From a virus (lineage: Duplodnaviria > Caudoviricetes): a DNA stretch of 24,822 bases. The stretch lies in IMG/VR virus record IMGVR_UViG_3300042922_000077; one strand, written 5' to 3'. Positions 16,794 to 24,822 of the stretch are shown in pieces; position 1 is the stretch's first letter, and the number at the start of each line of letters is the position of its first letter. Position numbers and translations under genes: made by a program. The notes beneath the pieces were generated by a model that saw nothing but the letters and a program-made list of their open reading frames with translations, did not search any database and was not told where the DNA came from.

Positions 16794-17525
16794 ATGCGCA
16801 AAAAGTTAATGAAAGCCATTGCTGAGCATGTGGCAGCGGAATATCCGAAGGAAGCGTGTGGCGTCGTGGTGCAGTCCGGACGGGCGCAGAACTACATTCC
16901 ATGTCGCAACATTGCAGACAACCCGACAGAGGCATTCACGCTGGCGCCGGAAGACAGGCTGGCGGCGGAGGAGCAGGGCGAAATCATCATGATCGTTCAT
17001 TCTCACCCGGACGTAGTGCAACTGGTGCCGTCAGAGCACGATCGTATCCAGTGCGACTGGTCCGGCGTGGAGTGGGGGATCATGTCATGGCCTGACGGTG
17101 ATTTTTGCACGCTCTCGCCAAGAGAAGACAGGGATTATACCGGGCGGCGCTGGGTGCTTGGCTTTGCAGACTGCTGGTCGCTTATCCGTGAGTGGTATCA
17201 GCGTGAGCACGGCATTGCCCTGGGCAATTACTCGGTGCCGTATGAGTGGTGGGAACAGGGCGAAAACCGCTACGACGATAACTGGCAGGCTGAGGGTTTT
17301 TTCGAAGTTGACCCGACGGATATTCGCCCCGGCGACATGATCATGATGCGCGTACAGGCGCAGGTCACCAATCATGCTGCGGTATACCTCGGCGACAACC
17401 TCATCCTGCATCATATCACCGGGCAACTTTCGGCCCGGGTGCCATACGGAAAATATTACCGCGACCGCACCGTTCGGGTGGTGCGTCATAAGGAGCTGAT
17501 AAATGCTGAAAACGTTGATCCTTGA
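16794..17525 (+). CDS. Tail assembly protein K (JAB/MPN + NlpC/P60 domains)
   Basis: YPKEACG, VHSHP...PSEHD; DCWSLIR and NHAAVYLGDN.ILHH. Confidence 0.93.
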   Translation: MRKKLMKAIAEHVAAEYPKEACGVVVQSGRAQNYIPCRNIADNPTEAFTLAPEDRLAAEEQGEIIMIVHSHPDVVQLVPSEHDRIQCDWSGVEWGIMSWPDGDFCTLSPREDRDYTGRRWVLGFADCWSLIREWYQREHGIALGNYSVPYEWWEQGENRYDDNWQAEGFFEVDPTDIRPGDMIMMRVQAQVTNHAAVYLGDNLILHHITGQLSARVPYGKYYRDRTVRVVRHKELINAENVDP

Positions 17526-18117
17526 CGGGCGCATGGCGAAGAAATTCGGGCGCGTACATCAATTTGACGTGGCGGATCTGCCAGAAATGCTGCGCGCGAT
17601 GTGCAGCCAGGTGCGGAGCTTTAAGCGCTACCTGTCAGAAGGGCATATGCATGGAATTCGCTTCGCCTTCTTCAACGGTAAGCACAACATCGGCCTTGAT
17701 GAATTCGATATGACCAATGGATCGGAGGTGTACCGGATTACGGCCATCACCGAAGGTTCAAAGCGCGGCGGCGTATTGCAGATTGTCATCGGTGCGGTTG
17801 CGCTGGTGGCAGCCTTCTTTACCGCAGGCGGCAGTCTTGTCGCACTTGGCATGAGCGCAGCCGCTGCCGCAGCGACCACGACAGCGTTAACCGGCCTTGG
17901 TCTGAGCATGATGCTTGGCGGCGTGGTTCAGCTGCTCACCCCGCAACCAAAATACAATGTCGGCGCATCTTCCAGCACGGACAATAAACCCAACTACGCA
18001 TTCGGCGCGCCGGTGAACACCGTGGCAATGGGCTACCCGGTCCCGGTGCTGTTCGGTGAGCGTGAGATTGGCGGCGCCATTATCAGTGCGGGAATTTTCT
18101 CCAGCGATCAGCAATAA
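17503..18117 (+). CDS. Tail assembly protein I
   Basis: L.G.MAKKFGR, hydrophobic Gly/Ala segment, YAFGAPVNT..GYPVPVLFGE..IGGAIISAG. Confidence 0.92.
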   Translation: MLKTLILDGRMAKKFGRVHQFDVADLPEMLRAMCSQVRSFKRYLSEGHMHGIRFAFFNGKHNIGLDEFDMTNGSEVYRITAITEGSKRGGVLQIVIGAVALVAAFFTAGGSLVALGMSAAAAAATTTALTGLGLSMMLGGVVQLLTPQPKYNVGASSSTDNKPNYAFGAPVNTVAMGYPVPVLFGEREIGGAIISAGIFSSDQQ

Positions 18118-18130
18118 CAACAGGTGAGAT

Positions 18131-21100
18131 ATGCGTTTACTGGAAAACGAAACCATTCAGGGCAGGAAGGGCGGCGGGGGCGGTAAACAGCATACGCCGG
18201 TTGAGCAACCGGACGATCTGCTGTCGGATGCGAAACTTAAAATGCTGGTTGTGCTGTCTGAGGGGGAGATTCAGGGCGATCTAACCGCGCAGAAAATTTA
18301 CCTGAACGATACGGCCCTGGCGAACGACGACGGCAGCTATAACTTCACCGGCGTCAAATGGGAATACCGCAAGGGCACACAGGACCAGCCTTATATCCAG
18401 GGACTGCCTGAAGTAGATAATGAGCTGTCAGCTAACGTGGCGGTGACCACCACCGTCCCATGGACCCGCCAGTTCAGCAATCTTACCCTTGATGCCGTGC
18501 GCATCAAACTCAGCCTGCCCGCACAGTACATGTACAAAGACAATGGCGATATGGTCGGCACCGTCACGCAGTACGCCATTGACCTGTCCACCGATGGCGC
18601 AGCATGGCGCACCGTAGTAGACGGGAAATTTGACGGCAAAACCACCTCTGAATATCAGCGCGATCATCGTATCGATCTCCCGGAGGCAACAACAGGCTGG
18701 TCAATCAGAGTGCGCCGCATCACAGCAGACTCCACGTCCGCGAAACTGGTGAACGGCTTCAAGGTCTTCTCTTTTGCAGAAGTGATCGACAGCAAACTTC
18801 GTTATCCGAACAGCGCTCTGCTTTATATCGAGGTCGACAGCAGCCAGTTTTCCGGCGGCGCGCCGAAAGTAACGTGCAGGCCTAAGGGTAAATTAATCCG
18901 CGTTCCGGACACTTACGATCCGGTTACCCGCACCTATAGCGGGACGTGGTCTGGCGGTTTTAAGCTGGCCTACACCAATAACCCGGCCTGGATTTTCTAT
19001 GATCTGGTGCTGGATGAAATTTACGGCATGGGTAACCGCGTCGATTCCAGCATGATTGATAAGTGGGCACTTTATGCCATTTCTCAGTATTGCGATGAGA
19101 AAGTGTCGAATGGCGCAGGCGGCACAGAACCTCGCTTCACCTGCAATGTGTTCATCCAGAGCCAGCAGGATGCCTATACCGTACTGAGCGATCTGGCCGC
19201 TGTGTTCCGGGGAATAACCTTCTGGGGAAACGATCAGATATTCGTGCGCGCGGACGTACCGCAGGACGATGTGGATTTTGTTTACCACGCCTCAAATGTG
19301 ATTGACGGTCTGTTCACCTACGGCAGCGGCAGTTATAAAAACCGCTATTCATCGGCACTGGTATCCTGGTCAGATCCGCAGAACCATTACAGCGACACCG
19401 TAGAAGGCGTGTATGACGAAAAACTGGTTGAGCGTTATAACGTAAACCAGATGTCGCTTACGGCGATTGGCTGCACGTCACAGAGTGAGGCGCACCGCCG
19501 GGGCCGCTGGGCTATTCTGTCGAACGCGCGCGACGGTACCATTTCTTTCGGAGTGGGGTTGGATGGCTACATTCCGTTACCGGCGGAGATCATCGGTGTG
19601 GCTGACCCGTTCCGCGCCGGTAAACAGAACGGCGGTCGCATCAGCGCGGCCAGTGGCCGAAACATTACCCTTGACCGGGCCGTTGACTACGCAGCAGGTG
19701 ACCGGCTGGTGGTTAACCTGCCTGACGGGTCGGCGCAGACCCGCACCATTGGCGCTGTCAGCAGTGACAAGAAAACGGTGACCGTGAATACTGCATTCAG
19801 CCAGCCACCGGCGGCGGGTGCGGTGTGGGCCATCGACAGTGACAGCCTGGCGATTCAGTATTTCCGTGTGACCTCCATCAGTGCGAACGATGACAGTAAC
19901 GGCGGCTTTACCATTACTGCCGTACAGCACGACCCGAACAAATACCGGTACATCGATGATGGTGTGCGCATCGACCCGGCGCCGATCACCGTCACCCCGA
20001 TCAGCGTAATATCCGCACCGAAAAACATCATCATCACAGAGGTGGATCATGTTGCCCAGGGGCTGAACGTTGCGACGATGAATGTCACCTGGGACAAGGT
20101 GGATGGCGCTATTCGCTATATGGCCCAGTGGCGCAAGGATAACGGGGACTGGATCAACGTCGCCGTCACAAGTGCGCAGGGCTTTTCAATTCAGGGCATT
20201 TATACCGGCAGCTATGACGTTCGTGTTCGCGCCATGAATGCCCAGGAGTCTTCTTCTCCATGGGGCTACGCTGATACTACTTATCTGACCGGCAAAACCG
20301 GTAAGCCAGGCACGCCGCAGAATCTTCTGGCAACGGATGATGTTGTGTGGGCGATTGATCTAACGTGGTCCTTCCCGGATGGATCGGGTGACACGTCCTA
20401 TACCGAGCTGCAGCGCGCCACGACGGACGACAAAGCCAACCCTGAGCTGCTGGCGCTGGTGCCATACCCGGCAGTCAGTTACCAGCACGGCCCCATGCCT
20501 GCAGGAGTGCGGCAATGGTACCGGGCGCGACTCGTAGACCGTATTGGGAATGTCGGCGACTGGACTGCCTGGGTTATGGGTACCTCGTCTATTGATGTCA
20601 GTGCCATCACCGATGACATTCTGAATGACATGAAAGAATCGGAAGTATTTAAGGACCTGATAGAGAACGCCGTAGACAGCAATGAAACTATTGCCGGAAT
20701 GGTGACAGATATTCAGGAAAACGCCGATCAGCTTGAGCAACAGGCGTTACAAATCCAGCAAAACTCCGATGGCCTTTCAAAGGCTGAAGTAAAAATCGAT
20801 GAAATCAGTCTCTCAATGGATGGGATGACCGGCGGGGTCAAAAACTCCTCAATTGCCGTGATCCAGAACAGCCTGGCGCAGGCGACTTCCCGCCGTTCCC
20901 AGACTGCCACCAATAACGGCAATGTCGCAAAAATTGATCGCATCGATACCACCATCGCGGATACCAGCCAGGCAGTTGCACGCGCGCTCGTTACGCTGGA
21001 TGCCTCAGCGGGTGGCAATGTTTCAAACGCGACCGACCTGACTGAAACCTTGGCTGATTTCACACAGGCATCGGCCACGAAAATCAACTCGCTGACGGTG

Positions 21101-21595
21101 ACGGTGAACGGGCAGACCGCTGCCATTAACCAGACGGCGCAGGCGGTGGCAGATGTAAATGGCAACCTAAACGCGATGTACAACATCAAAGTTGGCGTTG
21201 CCGCTAACGGCCAGTATTACGCTGCAGGTATGGGCATAGGGGTACAAAATACACCCGGCGGCATGCAATCACAGGTAATTTTTCTGGCAGACCGTTTTGC
21301 TGTTACCACGCAGGCCGGTGCCGTTGTATCGCTGCCATTCGTGATTCAGAACGGGCAAACCTTTATCCGTGAGACCTTCATTCAGGACGGCACGATCACC
21401 AATGCGAAAATTGGCGCATACATTCAGTCATCAAACTATGTCGTAGGTACCCTGGGATGGCGGATAGATAAGAACGGGACCATTGAGATAAACGGTGGGG
21501 TAGCAGGCCAGGGCAGGCTGGTTATTACAAATAACCGGATCATTTCGTATGACCAGTACGGTCGCCTGGCAGCCGTTATGGGGCAGAGAGTGTAA
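18131..21595 (+). CDS. Central tail tip / host specificity protein (lambda gpJ-like)
   Basis: GRKGGG start, LSEGEIQG, YTNNPAWI.YD, EPRFTCN, GCTS.SEA.R.GRW, FN3-like segments, coiled coil, and C-terminal FLADRFAV...FIQDGTITNAKIG. Confidence 0.95.
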   Translation: MRLLENETIQGRKGGGGGKQHTPVEQPDDLLSDAKLKMLVVLSEGEIQGDLTAQKIYLNDTALANDDGSYNFTGVKWEYRKGTQDQPYIQGLPEVDNELSANVAVTTTVPWTRQFSNLTLDAVRIKLSLPAQYMYKDNGDMVGTVTQYAIDLSTDGAAWRTVVDGKFDGKTTSEYQRDHRIDLPEATTGWSIRVRRITADSTSAKLVNGFKVFSFAEVIDSKLRYPNSALLYIEVDSSQFSGGAPKVTCRPKGKLIRVPDTYDPVTRTYSGTWSGGFKLAYTNNPAWIFYDLVLDEIYGMGNRVDSSMIDKWALYAISQYCDEKVSNGAGGTEPRFTCNVFIQSQQDAYTVLSDLAAVFRGITFWGNDQIFVRADVPQDDVDFVYHASNVIDGLFTYGSGSYKNRYSSALVSWSDPQNHYSDTVEGVYDEKLVERYNVNQMSLTAIGCTSQSEAHRRGRWAILSNARDGTISFGVGLDGYIPLPAEIIGVADPFRAGKQNGGRISAASGRNITLDRAVDYAAGDRLVVNLPDGSAQTRTIGAVSSDKKTVTVNTAFSQPPAAGAVWAIDSDSLAIQYFRVTSISANDDSNGGFTITAVQHDPNKYRYIDDGVRIDPAPITVTPISVISAPKNIIITEVDHVAQGLNVATMNVTWDKVDGAIRYMAQWRKDNGDWINVAVTSAQGFSIQGIYTGSYDVRVRAMNAQESSSPWGYADTTYLTGKTGKPGTPQNLLATDDVVWAIDLTWSFPDGSGDTSYTELQRATTDDKANPELLALVPYPAVSYQHGPMPAGVRQWYRARLVDRIGNVGDWTAWVMGTSSIDVSAITDDILNDMKESEVFKDLIENAVDSNETIAGMVTDIQENADQLEQQALQIQQNSDGLSKAEVKIDEISLSMDGMTGGVKNSSIAVIQNSLAQATSRRSQTATNNGNVAKIDRIDTTIADTSQAVARALVTLDASAGGNVSNATDLTETLADFTQASATKINSLTVTVNGQTAAINQTAQAVADVNGNLNAMYNIKVGVAANGQYYAAGMGIGVQNTPGGMQSQVIFLADRFAVTTQAGAVVSLPFVIQNGQTFIRETFIQDGTITNAKIGAYIQSSNYVVGTLGWRIDKNGTIEINGGVAGQGRLVITNNRIISYDQYGRLAAVMGQRV

Positions 21596-22560
21596 TGCAG
21601 ACATTTATCGCTGGAACCAGCTTTGATGCCATCAACTCGATGGCGGTCAACTATGTGATGGACGTTATCGACATCTCCGGATCGGGAAGCAGAACTTACC
21701 CGGCCGGGTGTACTTACCAGGCCAGCCTGATAATCGAAACGGCTGTTTCCGCGCTTCCCACCAATAACCCGTATCAGGTAACCGTGTCCGGGAATATCGT
21801 TTCATGGAGCGTGGCGACTCCGGTCCGACTGGTCGTGCTGGCTACGCCAAATACTGGTACCGACAGCAGCTATTTCGGCCAGTCGCTGTATTCATATGAC
21901 GCCTATGGTAACAAGACGGTAAAGCTGGCTCCGGATTTCGTCCCGTTCTGTCTGGTTGACGTCATAGACGCGCCGCCCGGCGGCCAGCTTATTCAGACAC
22001 GGATCCCTGTCAGCAATAAAATCGTCACGTTTCACCGGCTGCCGAACGCCGACGGGCGGTTATCGACATCCGTTTATTCGGTGGTGAATTCCAGTGGGTA
22101 TCATGCATTCTCGTTCAATGCCTCCGGAATAAACCAGACCGGGTGCCGAATTTACGTTTTCTCAAACTATCTGGTGAACATCCCGGACTGGGGGTTTTTC
22201 GTTTACCGGGACGGGACGCTGGTCTGGCACAGTAACTGCCTGCCGCTCAATATGGGGCTGATGACCGGCGATCTCGAATCGGCAACGCCGCTGGCGGTGA
22301 CACCTGGCGTGACATCCGTCGTCTTTATACCCGCTGATCCGGCATCGCCAAAAAGCGGCGGCTATCTGAACTCCAGTTGTTCTGCCGCCGGATATAAAAA
22401 CGGGGTGTGGCAGGCGACGATAGCGAACGTGTTTTCAAGCCGCATAATCTCAGGACAGGAGGCCGATGCAGTAAAGCCATGGGCTATTCGTGGCTATGTC
22501 GGTTACATAGACTGCAGTATCTACGACCAGTACTACCCCTATGCGCTCGGGCTGGTTTAA
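21595..22560 (+). CDS. Hypothetical beta-rich tail-tip accessory protein (321 aa)
   Basis: TAATG overlap with J; rich in Ser/Thr/Val/Tyr; WGFFVYRDGTLVWHS. The function is inferred from position. Confidence 0.65.
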   Translation: MQTFIAGTSFDAINSMAVNYVMDVIDISGSGSRTYPAGCTYQASLIIETAVSALPTNNPYQVTVSGNIVSWSVATPVRLVVLATPNTGTDSSYFGQSLYSYDAYGNKTVKLAPDFVPFCLVDVIDAPPGGQLIQTRIPVSNKIVTFHRLPNADGRLSTSVYSVVNSSGYHAFSFNASGINQTGCRIYVFSNYLVNIPDWGFFVYRDGTLVWHSNCLPLNMGLMTGDLESATPLAVTPGVTSVVFIPADPASPKSGGYLNSSCSAAGYKNGVWQATIANVFSSRIISGQEADAVKPWAIRGYVGYIDCSIYDQYYPYALGLV

Positions 22561-22586
22561 TCCGTCTTACACAACATTGCATACAC

Positions 22587-22608
22587 AACCCGCTTCGGTG
22601 GGTTTTTT
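22587..22608 (+). terminator. Intrinsic terminator-like hairpin (UUCG loop)
   Basis: AACCCGC-TTCG-GTGGGTT (one G-U pair) followed by TTTT. Confidence 0.7.
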
Positions 22609-22624
22609 ATTGTCCGGAGAAAAT

Positions 22625-24076
22625 ATGATTTATAACGCAGGTACAATCTCTTTCAGCGGGAATACGGTTACAGGGAACGGGACCAGCTTCACTTCGCCGT
22701 CCAGTCAGATCCATATCGGCCAGACTCTGATTGTGGCATCCAACCCGGTGCAGCTCGTTCAGATAACGGCCATTAACAGCGCCACTTCCCTGACCGTTAC
22801 GCCTGCAGCATCACCGGCTGTTAGCGGCCAGCGTTACGGTATTCTGGTTACGGACAGCCTGTCAGTTGATGGCCTTGCACAAAGCATCTCCCAGCTCATT
22901 AACGAATATGATGAAAATATCGGAGCTTGGGAGGCCTTTGCCACTACGAACGCCAACCAGAATGTAACAGTCACCATCAACGGCCAGAGCGTAATCATTC
23001 CTGCGATGGGTAAGTTGCTGCAAAAAGGGAGCAATGGCGCGCTGGCAGTTAAAGACGGCGGTACCGGTTCAAGTGATGCGGCAGGCGCTCGCACAAACCT
23101 CGGTTTAGGAAAATCAGATGGTGTGACTTTTACGAACCTGGATCTCAGATTTGTGGGACCTAACTCTGGCATCTTAACGCTTAATCAGTTAGCAACTGAT
23201 TCAAGCGTTGCCGGGAGTAGTCGTTTTTATCACGAAACACAGTCAGGAGTTCACAAAACCACTATCCATACAGCCGGTAACGCGAAAAATAATTATGTGC
23301 AGATATCAGAAGATGGTGATCTTACAGGTATTCGTAACTCTAATGGTCTGAACTTCTATGCAGGGGAACGTGGTTTTCGTGGTAATTGCGGTCAAACTGG
23401 ATGGGGTGGAGAAAGCGAGCCTAGTAATGTTCCTTTCTTTGCAAATATAGTTAGAGGTAATGATGGTGGATGGACGCCAATAGTATCTGGTGGTTCAATT
23501 GCTACGGGCGGTTATCAAACTCATACCGCTTTCGGAGCAATTGCAAATGGCGCCACAACGTGGGCGAGCGCCGCTATAAAGATTTTAGGGGATAATGTTT
23601 ATCACAGGGCCTTTATTTTTACTCATAACGGAGACATTTCTACATGGGGGCAAGGCGCAAATTTAGAAGGTAACTATATTTTCCAAAAGGCAGCTAGTTC
23701 TGACCGGGATATAAAGAAAGATATTGAGTATACAAAAGGAAAGGAAAGCTATGATCGTGTCATGCAATGGCTACCTACCTCATTCAAATATAAGGGATCT
23801 GAAATACAGCGTTATGGCTTAATTGCGCAGGATTTGGCTAAAGTTGACCTCGAATACGTTAAGCTGGTTCCCGGAAGACCGGTTATGGAAACGGTAATGA
23901 AATACAGCGATCAAGAGGGTAAGGAAATACCTGTCTCAGTTATTGTTGATTACCATGATGATACATTAGCTCTCGATACAAACGTTATGTTAGCAGATAT
24001 GGCCTGCGCTATGGTCTACATGGGAAACAGGCTGGAAGAAATGGAAAAGCAGATAAATTTATTACTAAATAAATAA
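22625..24076 (+). CDS. Side tail fibre with C-terminal intramolecular chaperone (peptidase S74) domain, 483 aa
   Basis: GGAGA RBS favours ATG22625. The N-terminal anchor is YNAGTI...VTGNGTSF, followed by GGTG...AGARTNLGL, the cleavage motif SSDRDIKKDI, YGLIAQDL and a terminal coiled coil. Confidence 0.9.
   Translation: MIYNAGTISFSGNTVTGNGTSFTSPSSQIHIGQTLIVASNPVQLVQITAINSATSLTVTPAASPAVSGQRYGILVTDSLSVDGLAQSISQLINEYDENIGAWEAFATTNANQNVTVTINGQSVIIPAMGKLLQKGSNGALAVKDGGTGSSDAAGARTNLGLGKSDGVTFTNLDLRFVGPNSGILTLNQLATDSSVAGSSRFYHETQSGVHKTTIHTAGNAKNNYVQISEDGDLTGIRNSNGLNFYAGERGFRGNCGQTGWGGESEPSNVPFFANIVRGNDGGWTPIVSGGSIATGGYQTHTAFGAIANGATTWASAAIKILGDNVYHRAFIFTHNGDISTWGQGANLEGNYIFQKAASSDRDIKKDIEYTKGKESYDRVMQWLPTSFKYKGSEIQRYGLIAQDLAKVDLEYVKLVPGRPVMETVMKYSDQEGKEIPVSVIVDYHDDTLALDTNVMLADMACAMVYMGNRLEEMEKQINLLLNK
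23088..23113 (+). other. gix/hix-like serine invertase crossover site inside the fibre gene
   Basis: CTCGCACAAACC-TC-GGTTTAGGAAAA. The right half fits the consensus GGTTT--GA-AA fully; the left half keeps AAACC but is degenerate in its outer part. Confidence 0.6.
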
Positions 24077-24109
24077 TCGTTTTTTCTTAAGGCACATCCC
24101 TCGCACTGA

Positions 24110-24567
24110 CTACTGTTCGCTTATATTTTTATTTAGCGAAGATTTAACCGGCATTTTTAGGCGCAGGTCAATCCATCTACCATCAGGTATATCCATAGGC
24201 TCACCAGCGACAATCATTGCAGAATCAATATCGAACCTGCGCCTGAATACGGATACGGTGATAGTGTCATCATCGTCAGTTGATGTTTCAACAAAACACA
24301 GGCGGTTGCCGTTTACATCCTGTGGACCTCAATAGTCCAGCCGTCATCGTGAAGTCTGAGAGCACCGTAAAGCCTGTAGATACCGGTAGCCACCCTTTCA
24401 GCAGTCGTCCCTTCTGCCTCATCATTAAAGGTTAGGAAACCGTTAAGAGTGAGATTGTCCAGAAACCCGGTTGGCATTCTATCCGGATCGCTTACCAGCC
24501 TTACAACCGGAGAGCCATTTTTAATAAACCTGCTACCGTCGACCCCGAGCTTTACTAAAACTAAACC
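24110..24567 (-). pseudogene. Headless, frameshifted alternative tail fibre C-terminal domain
   Basis: The minus strand reads GLVLVKLGVDGSRFIKNGSPVVRL...NDEAEG...GIYRLYGA...DGWTIEV, shifts frame near 24325, then PQDVNGNRLCFVET...RRFDIDSAMIVAGEPMDIPDGRWIDLRLKMP...SEQ*. I recognise this as an enterobacterial prophage fibre C-terminus. There is no start codon upstream (in-frame TAA near 24595). Confidence 0.75.
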
Positions 24568-24604
24568 CGGCGCGATGCAGCGGAATACATAAATTTATAA
24601 AAAA

Positions 24605-24822
24605 CTAAAGTCGTCCATTGATTTTTTGATTGTCCAGTAAAACATCTATAGCCGTTTGCATAGCAATTTTATTATCGCGACGCATCTGTTTTACCTGGAT
24701 TACCTGCAGGTATTCAAGCAAGGTTCGCGTGTTAAGCGGGCGCCCGGTTTTAGCAACCTCAAGGATTGCATTGCCAAGGATAACTTTTACTGGCGGGAGC
24801 TGGGATGGGTACCAGTCCAGGG
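24605..24822 (-). CDS. Small helical hypothetical protein, 5'-truncated by window edge; weak resemblance to YmgB/AriR-like proteins
   Basis: Open frame ...LDWYPSQLPPVKVILGNAILEVAKTGRPLNTRTLLEYLQVIQVKQMRRDNKIAMQTAIDVLLDNQKINGRL*, with TAG at 24607-24605. Confidence 0.65.
   Translation of the reverse strand, partial: LDWYPSQLPPVKVILGNAILEVAKTGRPLNTRTLLEYLQVIQVKQMRRDNKIAMQTAIDVLLDNQKINGRL

Larger units (their letters stand above)
1..24567 (+). mobile_element. Lambdoid siphophage/prophage late region (HK97-like head, lambda-like tail tip)
   Basis: Complete, co-oriented set of packaging, head and tail genes. No integrase or att site is in the window, so the boundaries are unknown. Confidence 0.95.

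Noticed and set aside
17770-17940. Hydrophobic segment suggesting a separate membrane protein
   Set aside because: Gly/Ala-rich hydrophobic stretches are a normal feature of lambda gpI-like proteins.
22541-22624. N-terminal extension of the tail fibre ORF
   Set aside because: It overlaps the upstream gene and spans a terminator hairpin; ATG22625 has a proper RBS. Starts at 1743 and 10216 were rejected in favour of 1758 and 10258 for similar reasons.
24519-24532. Second possible invertase half-site (minus strand AGGTTTATTAAAA)
   Set aside because: There is no AAACC partner half, and it is not in the Gly-Leu frame needed for an in-frame fibre fusion.
1-24822. tRNA, rRNA, IS elements, integrase/att sites, lysis genes
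   Set aside because: None were recognisable in this window by eye.

Overview
The window is the late (morphogenesis) operon of a temperate lambdoid siphophage or prophage. The host is probably Enterobacteriaceae (Enterobacter/Klebsiella-like), inferred from protein style only. Almost everything is on the + strand, in this order: two glycosyltransferase genes (the first truncated by the window edge and apparently carrying two GT-A domains), HNH endonuclease, probable cos region, TerS, TerL, fused HK97-type prohead protease-major capsid gene, a 55-aa ORF missed by the ORF track, portal (unusually downstream of the capsid gene), a 521-aa protein with four 174-bp tandem repeats and CBM5/12-like motifs, head-tail joining genes, tail tube, G/GT chaperones with a -1 frameshift, tape measure, lambda M/L/K/I/J homologues, a 321-aa tail-tip accessory gene, and a side tail fibre with an S74 chaperone domain. 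The minus strand then carries a headless, frameshifted alternative fibre C-terminus and a partial small ORF. The most notable hypothesis is a virion O-glycosylation system in a Gram-negative phage: soluble glycosyltransferases sit immediately before the HNH gene, and both capsid and tail tube end in short extensions with a terminal Ser, as would be expected from glycosylated mycobacteriophages. The second is a relic Gin/Hin-type fibre-switching site. All functional calls come from motif recognition by eye; no searches were run.
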